Positions 55,309 through 64,000 of a DNA stretch of 64,000 bases are shown one piece after another (within the stretch, counting starts at the first letter, position 1; the number at the start of each line of letters is the position of its first letter). The notes under the pieces are model-generated. The model was given only the letters and a program-made list of their open reading frames with translations. It made no database searches and was not told where the DNA came from. Origin of the DNA: Methanobacteriota archaeon. Lineage in GTDB: Archaea > Methanobacteriota > Methanobacteria > Methanobacteriales > Methanobacteriaceae. The position numbers were made by a program, and so were the translations under genes. The DNA lies in assembly GCA_963787255.1 (NCBI GenBank), contig CAWBCJ010000010.1, positions 1 through 64,000 of the forward strand, given 5' to 3'.

Positions 55309-55953
55309 ATGGAATGGGTAGTTAAATTAGGTGGAAGTTTATTCCATGAAGATGCAGTGAAATTCTGCAAGTCTCTTGTTGGTAAAAATGTCCTCATAAT
55401 TTGTGGTGGTGGCGAATTTGCAAATAAAATAAGGGAATATGATGCAGAAATTGGATTTTCAGATTCTGCTTCGCATAAAACTGCTATTTTGTGCATGGAT
55501 ATATTGGGAATGCTGGTAGTGGATAAAGTGGATGGTGCAGAGGCAGTTTATTCATTAGAGGATGCAAAAAAAGTTTTAAATGATGGAAAACTCCCAATAC
55601 TGCTCCCTTCTAAATTGTTTGAGTATCTTGATCCGTTGGAGCACTCCTGGAATGTGACCTCGGATTCCATAGCAGTTTATATATCATGGCTTCTAAAAAC
55701 CAAAATATTAATAGTAACAAATGTAGATGGTATATATACTGATGATCCATCGCTTGATGGAGCAGAACTTATACAAAATATAAGTGCTAAAAAACTACTA
55801 ACTTTTGGTGAAACATCAGTTGATGAAAACTTACCAGAGCTTTTACTTAAATATAAATTAGACTGTTATGTTGTTAATGGAAAATATCCCAAAAGAGCTA
55901 TTTCTATAATTGAAGGTAAAAGTTCAAAATACACGTTTATTGGAGGTAATTAA
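55309..55953 (+). CDS. Amino-acid-kinase family protein (MfnE-like methanofuran pathway kinase)
   Basis: [23 protein letters not shown] and TNVDGIY motifs. Confidence 0.78.
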   Translation: MEWVVKLGGSLFHEDAVKFCKSLVGKNVLIICGGGEFANKIREYDAEIGFSDSASHKTAILCMDILGMLVVDKVDGAEAVYSLEDAKKVLNDGKLPILLPSKLFEYLDPLEHSWNVTSDSIAVYISWLLKTKILIVTNVDGIYTDDPSLDGAELIQNISAKKLLTFGETSVDENLPELLLKYKLDCYVVNGKYPKRAISIIEGKSSKYTFIGGN

Positions 55954-56115
55954 ATGGAGAAAATAGAATGTACATCATGTAATCAAGAAATATCACCTGT
56001 AGAGACCTGTGTGAAATTCCAGTGTCCTGAATGTGAAGAAATAATTTACAGATGCCAGAAATGCAGAACATTTGGCCATCTTTACACATGCAAATGTGGA
56101 TTTAAAGGTCCTTAA
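55954..56115 (+). CDS. Small Zn-ribbon protein (DUF1610/HVO_2753-like), 53 aa, not in the ORF track
   Basis: GGAGGT RBS; MEKIECTSC...FQCPEC...IYRCQKCR...[10 protein letters not shown]; usual position before EF-1beta. Confidence 0.9.
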   Translation: MEKIECTSCNQEISPVETCVKFQCPECEEIIYRCQKCRTFGHLYTCKCGFKGP

Positions 56116-56224
56116 GTTTTTAAACTTTTAAAAGAAATTTTTATATAAAAAGACTGTTTTTTTGATGTTGATCAGGATTATGGTCCTGGGATTAACATTT
56201 TTAAATATTAAATTGGTGGTAAAT

Positions 56225-56494
56225 ATGGGAGACGTAGTAGCAACAATAAAATTAATGCCTGAAAGCCCTGATGTTGATTTAGAAAGAATGAAAGAAGATG
56301 TGAGAGCATCAATTCCTGAAGGTGCTGAATTTCACAAAATAGATGAAGAACCTATTGCATTTGGTCTTGTAGCTTTAAATGTGATGGTTGTTGTAGGAGA
56401 CGCTGAAGGTGGAACCGAGAAAGTCGAAGAGAATCTCGCTAAAATTGATGGCGTCAGCAATGTTGAAGTAACCGACACAAGAAGACTCATGTAG
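56225..56494 (+). CDS. ef1b: Translation elongation factor 1-beta
   Basis: MGDVVATIKLMPESPDVDLE and EEPIAFGLVAL motifs; GGTGG RBS before 56225. Confidence 0.96.
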   Translation: MGDVVATIKLMPESPDVDLERMKEDVRASIPEGAEFHKIDEEPIAFGLVALNVMVVVGDAEGGTEKVEENLAKIDGVSNVEVTDTRRLM

Positions 56495-56534
56495 TTTTTT
56501 TTTGAATTAGATACTTACAATATTTTTTTTTAAA

Positions 56535-58424
56535 CTATATTCCATTATTTCTTTTTATTTTAAGAGGCTTAGTTTCGGGAAGCATGCTGTGTTTGACTCC
56601 CTGCGGTTTTGGTCCTCTATGTTCACAACCTTTAGCTATGCTTATATATAAAGCGCTGTTAATCAAACCTATATGGCTGAAAGCTTGAGGGAAATTGCCC
56701 AGCTGCTTCTTTGTTTTAGGGTCTATTTCTTCGGATAAAAGACCTAAAGGACTTATTTGTTGAAGTATGTTAACAAATATTTTTTCAGCTTCTTCTAATC
56801 TACCGGAAAGGGTGAGAGAATCTACAAGCCAGAAGGAACAAAGAGCAAAACAACCTTCATCACCAGGAAGCCCATCTTCATTCTTATAACGATAAATAAA
56901 TCCATTTTCAGTCATTAGATTTTCCATTACTGCATCAATTGTGCCTTGAATTCTTGGATCTTCGTAAGGCAGAAATCCCATTTGGGGGATAAGAACACTT
57001 GTTGCATCAACTGAGCTTGAATTAAAATATTGGACAAAACTGTTCATTTCTTTATTAAAACCCTTTTCCAGTATCGCTGCTCTTATTTCTTCCTTTGTTT
57101 TTTCCCATTTAATAAATGATGCTTCAGGTTCTTTCTTCATTGCAATTTTAATGCCCCGATCAACTCCTACCCAACACATAAGCTTGGAATGCACATAATG
57201 GCGTGGTTCATCTCTTATTTCCCATATGCCCCGATCTTTAGTATTCCAGACTTCGCATACATAATCAACTAAATCTTTTATAAAAACCCATGATTCATCA
57301 GAAATATCCTTTCCATAACGAGCAGTATCATAAATAGCATTTATCAATTCTCCATATATATCCAGCTGTTTTTGACAATATGCATCATTCCCTATTCTAA
57401 CGGGACTTGATTGTTTGTATCCAGAAAGATATTCCAGTATTCTTTCATTAATATCAATTTCTTCATGAATGGGATACATTATTCGTATGTTGGAAGGATG
57501 TGTATCCTGTTTTATGACGTTATTGATCCATTTCATGAAGTCCTGAGATTCTTCAACATGTTCAAGGTGAAAAAGAGCCTGTATTGTATATGATGAATCT
57601 CTAATCCATGCATAGCGATAGTCCCAATTTCGAACCCCGCCTATGCGTTCTGGAAGAGATGTAGTTGCTGCTGCAGCTATTGCACCGTTATATGGGTTTG
57701 CAAGTAGTTTTAATACAAGTCCTGAGCGAATAATTGTATCGCGCCATATACCTCTTAAAATACAGATTTTAGGACATTTATTAGTCCAATCCTGCCAGTA
57801 TTTTTTTGTTACTTCTAATTTGCCGTTACAATACTCATAGTCCGATGATTTTTCATCTTGTTGCCCATATTGTAGAGCAAACCATAATTTGTCATTTTTT
57901 TTCATATCGAACTGGCCTTTAACCATATCCTCCTCAATTTTTAATGGGATTTTTGTATTTAAAATTAAACTTTCATTTTCGAAGCTGCATTTTACTCCTT
58001 CTTTAATTAATTCAAATTCTGGAATTGATTTGCCATAATTAAAACGAGGTTTGAAATTTAATTTAAGTCTGCTGTGTCCTTCAATGCATTCAATTTTTCT
58101 GTAAACAGATCTATGCATTTTAGTTTCACCATCTCCTTTAACTGGCATAAAATCAGTTATTGCGACCATGCCGAAGGGGGTGTTAAAAGTGGTTCGAAGA
58201 ATGTTTGTATTTTTAATATAGGTATGAAAAGAATCGAATTTAGAAACAGGTTGAATGGTAAATTGGCCTCCTCTTTCATTGTCCAAAATCGCGGCAAAAA
58301 CAGAAGGAGATTCAAGATAAGGAAAGCATAACCAGTCTATTGATCCATCGTTACCTACAAGGGCACATGTTTCTAGGTTTCCAATTATGCCGTAGTCTTC
58401 TATGTCTTTATACTCATTTTGCAT
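56535..58424 (-). CDS. Glycoside hydrolase family 15 (trehalase/glucoamylase-like)
   Basis: IEDYGIIGN, GSIDWLC.P, TTSLPE.IGG.RNWDYRY.WIRD, QLDIYGE and GNFPQAFSH motifs. Confidence 0.93.
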   Translation of the reverse strand: MQNEYKDIEDYGIIGNLETCALVGNDGSIDWLCFPYLESPSVFAAILDNERGGQFTIQPVSKFDSFHTYIKNTNILRTTFNTPFGMVAITDFMPVKGDGETKMHRSVYRKIECIEGHSRLKLNFKPRFNYGKSIPEFELIKEGVKCSFENESLILNTKIPLKIEEDMVKGQFDMKKNDKLWFALQYGQQDEKSSDYEYCNGKLEVTKKYWQDWTNKCPKICILRGIWRDTIIRSGLVLKLLANPYNGAIAAAATTSLPERIGGVRNWDYRYAWIRDSSYTIQALFHLEHVEESQDFMKWINNVIKQDTHPSNIRIMYPIHEEIDINERILEYLSGYKQSSPVRIGNDAYCQKQLDIYGELINAIYDTARYGKDISDESWVFIKDLVDYVCEVWNTKDRGIWEIRDEPRHYVHSKLMCWVGVDRGIKIAMKKEPEASFIKWEKTKEEIRAAILEKGFNKEMNSFVQYFNSSSVDATSVLIPQMGFLPYEDPRIQGTIDAVMENLMTENGFIYRYKNEDGLPGDEGCFALCSFWLVDSLTLSGRLEEAEKIFVNILQQISPLGLLSEEIDPKTKKQLGNFPQAFSHIGLINSALYISIAKGCEHRGPKPQGVKHSMLPETKPLKIKRNNGI

Positions 58425-58458
58425 ATAAATCGATCCTATTTAATTCATCTTTCAAGTT

Positions 58459-59811
58459 TTAATGACGTTTACCTAAAAAACACAGTCTTTCAATTTCTTC
58501 AAGGGATTTTCCTTTAGTTTCAGGTACTCGGAAATAAACGAATACTAAAGCACCTATTCCAATTAAACTGTAAAGCCAAAAGGTTCCTGGAGTTCCTAAT
58601 AATTGAATTAATGATAGAAAAGTTATTGCTACCAGTAAATTCATTCCCCAGTTAACTACTGTGGCAATACTCATTGCACGACCTCTTATTTTTAAGGGAT
58701 ATATCTCTGAAATCATTAACCAGAAAACAGGTCCTAAACCTATAGCAAATGAGCCAACGTACAGCATCAAGCTTATAACCGCTAGCCATCCTAAAGATCC
58801 GGACAAACCAGGTAAAGCAAAAGCCAGCCCTAATATTCCCAGGCTAATTACCATACCAACCAGACCAACTAGAAGTAAAGGCCTTCTTCCAATTCTATCA
58901 ATTAGTAATATGGCTACAATGGTCAAGAGCACGTTTATTACACCAATACCGGCTGTAGCAAGTATAGAAACGGCTGCTGATTGTAAACCTGCAAATAAAA
59001 GAATTGTGGGTGCGTAATATATGACTGTGTTAATACCGGTTAACTGTTGAAAAATAGCAAGTCCTACGCCAATTGTTAGTGCAGGTCTAATTTTAGGACT
59101 TAGTAGATCAGACCATTTACTCTCTCTTTCAAGGGTTAAACTATCTTTTATTTCTTTTATTTCTTCATCTACTCTGGTGGTACCTCTTATTCTTTCAAGC
59201 ACTGATCTTGCCTTGTCAGCGATTCCTTTGCTTAAAAGCCAACGAGGACTTGGAGGCATGAAATACATTCCAATTCCAAGCACAATGCTTGGAACTACGG
59301 CTAATCCAAGCATCCAGCGCCACTCTCCAGTTGCGGCAAAATAAAAGTCTATAAGATATGAAACAACTATTCCTACTGTTATGGCAAGCTGGTTTAAGGA
59401 TACCAGTGCACCTCTGATGTTAACTGGTGCAACTTCGGCTATATATAGGGGCGCTATGAATGAAGCCATTCCAATGGCTACACCTACACCTATTCTACCT
59501 GCAATTAGTGCATAGATATTAGGGGTAAGTGCAGTAAATATAGCACCTAATCCAAAAATTATTGAAGCTAGAATAATCATTATACGGCGGCCATATTTAT
59601 CTGCTAGGACTCCACTTATACCTGCACCTATTACTGCTCCTATTAGCACTGAGCTTACGACGATTTCTTGTGCAGTGCTTGAAAGGGTAAAAGCTTCCCG
59701 GATAAAGAGTATTGCTCCTGAAATTACTCCGGTATCATATCCAAAAAGTAATCCTCCGATAGCGGTGATTGCTGCAGCTATAATCACAAATCGGTTATTT
59801 CCATAACTCAT
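58459..59811 (-). CDS. Sugar porter family MFS transporter
   Basis: GGLLFGYDTGVISGA, DKYGRR, P.SPRWL, QQLTGIN...YY, DRIGRR and PETKGKSLEEIE motifs. Confidence 0.95.
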   Translation of the reverse strand: MSYGNNRFVIIAAAITAIGGLLFGYDTGVISGAILFIREAFTLSSTAQEIVVSSVLIGAVIGAGISGVLADKYGRRIMIILASIIFGLGAIFTALTPNIYALIAGRIGVGVAIGMASFIAPLYIAEVAPVNIRGALVSLNQLAITVGIVVSYLIDFYFAATGEWRWMLGLAVVPSIVLGIGMYFMPPSPRWLLSKGIADKARSVLERIRGTTRVDEEIKEIKDSLTLERESKWSDLLSPKIRPALTIGVGLAIFQQLTGINTVIYYAPTILLFAGLQSAAVSILATAGIGVINVLLTIVAILLIDRIGRRPLLLVGLVGMVISLGILGLAFALPGLSGSLGWLAVISLMLYVGSFAIGLGPVFWLMISEIYPLKIRGRAMSIATVVNWGMNLLVAITFLSLIQLLGTPGTFWLYSLIGIGALVFVYFRVPETKGKSLEEIERLCFLGKRH

Positions 59812-60274
59812 TTTCCTTTTTAGCCATTTATATTGCCTCCATTATGAATATTTCTAAATAATTCATGTTAATTTAAAAATTAGGTTATTAATTAATTTTA
59901 AAAATCCCTTTCGTTATTTTTTTTAGGCATTTGAAGTGCTATTATACAAAATAAGTTTTTTCAAAGATTTATTGGAGATTTAATGGAATAAAAGGGTATG
60001 TAGTAGATTTATTGCTGTAAATACTGACTATAATGCTTTAGATGTGAGAGTTTAGGATTTATTTAATATTATAATTTAAATATTTTGTATTACTATATTA
60101 TACATCTTTGAGCTTAAAAAATTTATTATAAAGATTTCAATCTGGAATAAACTCAAAAATTAATTATTTCAGGCAAAATAATAATATTTTAAAAATTAGG
60201 CGTAAAAAAAAACTATTTTTTATGAAAAATAATAATTCATTGAAAATTAAAACAATTTTAATAAAAAAAGAAAT

Positions 60275-60616
60275 TTAGTGTAAATCATTACATAGGGGCA
60301 TATGAATACTTATAAGCGCGTTTTTTAATTTTTCTCTTTCCTCAATATTGGAATTTGGCATTAAATGAGCACTGATATAAATATTACTTCTAAAACCGGC
60401 TTCTTTAAACCAGCAATCATACTTAGGGTGATTTAGATATGATCCTTCTCCAGATAATTCACTAGATTCGCATAAATACATAATCTGATATCCCTCGGGA
60501 TTATTTTCAGGATCAGGCTTCATCATAATGGCATAAATAGCCGGAAAATTCAGTGGATCCCAATTTTTAATGAGATGAGGGCCGTCAAATAATCTTTTAC
60601 TAATTTCTATACTCAT
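60275..60616 (-). CDS. Hypothetical protein, degenerate GIY-YIG-like fold
   Basis: PAIYAI...IMYLCES...NHPKYDC...LI...P.CN pattern; GAGG RBS. Confidence 0.5.
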   Translation of the reverse strand: MSIEISKRLFDGPHLIKNWDPLNFPAIYAIMMKPDPENNPEGYQIMYLCESSELSGEGSYLNHPKYDCWFKEAGFRSNIYISAHLMPNSNIEEREKLKNALISIHMPLCNDLH

Positions 60617-60660
60617 GTAATTCCTCTTAATTAAATGTTAGTAACTTCTGCTTTAAATAA

Positions 60661-61641
60661 TTATATAACAATAATTTCTTTACCTAATTTACCCGCAGCT
60701 TCCACAAAATCAGTTGTATCAACACCAGGAAACGCATCAACAATACAAATATCAAATTCCTCATCCAAAACTTCTTTTAATTCTCGTATATCCATTGAAT
60801 ATGCTTTAAAATTCTCACCCTCTGCCACTACATTTCTTTTAGGGTTCCAGAAGTCCACATGAAATCCATTAGCCTCAATATTTATCGCAGTCATTGTTAC
60901 TGCAGGAAACCAGAGATCATTAAAAACAACCCTACGCGCTCCTGCTTTAAGACAGGCAATACCCAATGTTCCAGGTCCACAGGTACAATCAAGAACAGAT
61001 GGAGCATCATATTTATCTAAAACTTTCCTGAGGATCTCTATTTTAGGTGATCTAATCTTAGGGAATTCTATATGAACTTTTCCCTGATATTTGTGGATAC
61101 ATAAAGCACCATAGGGTGTTTGAACAATATCACATCGAATGTCGCATCCTGCAAGAAGTTCATATACATTGGGGTTAAAATCAATGTCTTTTATACCTGC
61201 AGTTTCCCTTAAATCTCCTTTAAGTACTCCTTTAACTTCTCCAACTTCATTAATTATTCTTTCTGCACATTCTTTGGTTACATCACTAGATAATATTACC
61301 AAGGAATTTTCAGGCAAATATGGAGCATAATTAAGTGGAAATGCAGGGGTTATTAGGGGAGTACAGGCATTTCTTAGGCTAGATTTTTTGTCTTTTACAC
61401 CTTCTTCAATCATTATTTTTAACACGTGGGCAACTACCACATCAAGATGCCTCTTACCGCAATTACAACTTCCAAAATTAGTATCTATTTCATTAAGGTT
61501 AACTTGACGTGCTAATGGGGAGAATTTCTTTAATTTGAGTGATTTGCATTCAGCACATGGTCTGTAAAATATTTCAATTTCATTCAACACTGATGATGCT
61601 GGCTTTATGCAGGCATCTCCACACCTACATTTAATTTCCAT
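60661..61641 (-). CDS. Class I SAM-dependent methyltransferase with Cys-rich N-terminus
   Basis: VLDCTCGPGTLG, VVFND and DICIVDAFPG motifs; CRC..C, C..C and CNCGKRH. Confidence 0.78.
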   Translation of the reverse strand: MEIKCRCGDACIKPASSVLNEIEIFYRPCAECKSLKLKKFSPLARQVNLNEIDTNFGSCNCGKRHLDVVVAHVLKIMIEEGVKDKKSSLRNACTPLITPAFPLNYAPYLPENSLVILSSDVTKECAERIINEVGEVKGVLKGDLRETAGIKDIDFNPNVYELLAGCDIRCDIVQTPYGALCIHKYQGKVHIEFPKIRSPKIEILRKVLDKYDAPSVLDCTCGPGTLGIACLKAGARRVVFNDLWFPAVTMTAINIEANGFHVDFWNPKRNVVAEGENFKAYSMDIRELKEVLDEEFDICIVDAFPGVDTTDFVEAAGKLGKEIIVI

Positions 61642-61689
61642 ATGCTTAAATATGGGATACTTAATATAAATATGTAAGTCATTAGTTGC

Positions 61690-63492
61690 GTGAGTTACAT
61701 GAAAAATAAGCGTAAGGAAATACTCAGGGATCTTTTAGGAGAATTCGGTTCTGAAGATGGGAATGAAGAAGATAGCGAACGATCAGAGGAAAAAACCTAT
61801 GAAAAGTCAGTTAAAGAATCCAAATACGTTCCAGAAAAATTAGAACGTGAAGAAGAAGATTCGCCCATTGATTCTTACATATACCGTAAAATTGAACATG
61901 AAGAAGGGGATAAGTCGACTGAATCTTATCTGCCCCGTAAAGTTGAGCGTAAGGAAGAAAAATCACTATTTTTTGATGATGAAGAAGATGGATACCAACT
62001 GGATTCCATAATGGGGAACGAACCTACTTTGGAAAAGGTTATAGATAAGCCCAAAAGACGCCCCAAGAAAATAAAGAAGATGACTGAGGGAATAAAGGCA
62101 GAAATTATAGAAGAAGGCCTGATTCCATCTTACAATGTAAATGTCCCTAAATTTACTGAACGTGAGAGACAATTGCTCACTGAAATACGGGAAAAACTTG
62201 TTGAAGTGGCTGTATCTCAGGGTGAGAACTTTAAAATCGACGAAAACTCTTTTATTGGTGAAGTTAAAGAATTTCTTAAAATGAAAGGGATTAGGGACAC
62301 AGATAAACTGGCTACACAAATTTCTCAGGAAATGCTAGGATATGCACAACTCAATCCTATGATTAAGGACGATGACCTCGAAGAAATAATGGTAATTGGT
62401 ACAGAAAAGCCTGTTTTTGTTTATCATCGAAAAATTGGAATGATGCAAACAAATGTTGTTTTTGAAGAAGATTCTGATGTCAGGGCAATTATAGATGTTA
62501 TTGCAAGACAGGTAAACCGTAGAATAGACCAGCAAACACCTATTTTAGATGCAAGGCTAGGTGATGGTTCAAGGGTAAATGCAACCATTCCACCAGTATC
62601 TGCAGACGGATCAACATTAACTATACGTAAATTCCGTAAAGACCCACTCACTGTCATTGATTTAATTAATTTTAAAACCATTTCATCCCATTTAGCAGGA
62701 TTTTTATGGGTTTGTGTTGATGGACTTGGAGTTAAGCCCTGTAACGCAATTATAGCCGGAGGTACAGGTTCTGGTAAAACCACAACCTTGAACACTGTAA
62801 CATCATTTACACCTCCACGTGAGAGAATAATTACCATAGAGGATACTTTAGAGCTGCAGCTCCCTCACGATCACGTTTTACGTATGGAAACCCGCCCCCC
62901 TAACATTGAAGGGAAAGGGGAACTTGATATGGATACATTAGTTAAAAACTCTCTCCGACAAAGGCCTGACCGCGTTATTGTAGGGGAAGTAAGAGGAATA
63001 GAAGCAATAACTCTTTTCACAGCTTTAAATACTGGACACTCGGGTATGGGAACACTTCACTCCAACACAGCAAGGGAAACAATTACAAGACTTGTAAATC
63101 CACCAATGAACGTCCCCAACATTATGATACCAGCTTTAGATTTCATTATAATGCAGAATAGGATGTACAGGCCGGAAGGAGGATCTATAAGAAGGGTGAC
63201 TGAAGTTGCAGAGATTGTAGGAATGGAAGAAGGTAATGTACAGCTAAACAGGGTATTTGAATGGAATAACATTGTTGATAAGGTGGAATATGTTGGAATT
63301 GCCAGCCAAACTCTTAGGGCAATAGCTGAACTCCGTGGAATAGGAATCACGGAAATTGAAGAAGAAATAGAAAAAAGAAGGCTGGTACTGGAATACATGG
63401 CTGATAACAACATTAGATCAATTACTGATGTTGGTAACTGGATTCATGAATATTATAAAGATCCAGATGAGATTTTAGAGAAAATATTATAA
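61690..63492 (+). CDS. Type II/IV secretion (CpaF/TadA-like) ATPase
   Basis: [32 protein letters not shown] and [10 protein letters not shown] motifs. Confidence 0.95.
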   Translation: MSYMKNKRKEILRDLLGEFGSEDGNEEDSERSEEKTYEKSVKESKYVPEKLEREEEDSPIDSYIYRKIEHEEGDKSTESYLPRKVERKEEKSLFFDDEEDGYQLDSIMGNEPTLEKVIDKPKRRPKKIKKMTEGIKAEIIEEGLIPSYNVNVPKFTERERQLLTEIREKLVEVAVSQGENFKIDENSFIGEVKEFLKMKGIRDTDKLATQISQEMLGYAQLNPMIKDDDLEEIMVIGTEKPVFVYHRKIGMMQTNVVFEEDSDVRAIIDVIARQVNRRIDQQTPILDARLGDGSRVNATIPPVSADGSTLTIRKFRKDPLTVIDLINFKTISSHLAGFLWVCVDGLGVKPCNAIIAGGTGSGKTTTLNTVTSFTPPRERIITIEDTLELQLPHDHVLRMETRPPNIEGKGELDMDTLVKNSLRQRPDRVIVGEVRGIEAITLFTALNTGHSGMGTLHSNTARETITRLVNPPMNVPNIMIPALDFIIMQNRMYRPEGGSIRRVTEVAEIVGMEEGNVQLNRVFEWNNIVDKVEYVGIASQTLRAIAELRGIGITEIEEEIEKRRLVLEYMADNNIRSITDVGNWIHEYYKDPDEILEKIL

Positions 63493-63514
63493 TTTTCACA
63501 TATGTGGTGATAAA

Positions 63515-64000
63515 ATGGTATTCGACGGCCTTAAAAAGATCTTTAACCGGATTGGCGGAGTAACAATTAATTCAAGTAAAAAGGTGGGTGAAGGAGTTCA
63601 GGCACCAGTAAATAAATTAGGTAACATAAAATCTCCTGTAAATAAAATGGGTAGCATTAAATCTATTTCAAGGCCTGGAAGTAAAGAATATGAACCACAG
63701 TTTAATCCTCAAAAGACGTCTCCACGTGTTATAGAAAGAATGCAGATGGATAAAGATGAGATTCAAATGTTTAAAGAACTCATCGACAAAAAATACGAGA
63801 AAAAAGAGAAATCTAAAGAAAAAAAGGCTAAAATGGATGTATATCACAAAGCTGCACTTGAAGAAATCCTCAAAGCAGAGGAAAAAGAAGGTTTGGACCC
63901 TAAACTGATTATGGGTATGGGTGCAGTCTCCTTTGTAGTGGTCATGGTTTTAATGATTGGCCTGGGCTTTGGAATTGAAATTGGCCTAATATTTGGAATG
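63515..64000 (+). CDS. Probable TadB-like pilus membrane platform protein (truncated by the window end)
   Basis: GGTGA RBS; open frame MVFDGLKKIF... to the window end, with a TM segment starting; follows the ATPase. Confidence 0.65.
   Translation, partial: MVFDGLKKIFNRIGGVTINSSKKVGEGVQAPVNKLGNIKSPVNKMGSIKSISRPGSKEYEPQFNPQKTSPRVIERMQMDKDEIQMFKELIDKKYEKKEKSKEKKAKMDVYHKAALEEILKAEEKEGLDPKLIMGMGAVSFVVVMVLMIGLGFGIEIGLIFGM

Overview
AT-rich archaeal chromosomal DNA whose gene content and order point to a hydrogenotrophic methanogen of the Methanobacteriaceae (Methanobacterium-like); this is inferred from protein families, not from a database search. The core content is the complete A1Ao ATP synthase operon (atpH-I-K-E-C-F-A-B-D, minus strand) preceded by a prpD / U32-like / Fe-S hydro-lyase / citrate-synthase-like cluster, plus tRNA-Gln(TTG), tiaS, serA, thg1, nadX, an aldehyde dehydrogenase, ycaO, pth2, EF-1beta and type IV pilus components. 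Accessory material includes FHA proteins, an HNH-HhH nuclease, a UvrD helicase, two tandem GT20 trehalose-phosphate synthases, a GH15 + sugar porter pair and a broken pentapeptide/TIR-like gene. About a dozen genes are frameshifted, including essential atpI, so many breaks are probably sequencing errors; several sit at GATC. The best candidates for undescribed biology are: (1) a duplicated two-gene module of small 3-TM proteins with an H-x13-H cytochrome-b-like helix, also fused to a molybdopterin oxidoreductase, in a lineage regarded as cytochrome-free; (2) the four-gene carboxylic-acid cluster upstream of the ATP synthase; (3) a family of nested-hairpin intergenic elements rich in C-GNA-G triloops. 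No CRISPR array, rRNA, integrase or transposase was seen.
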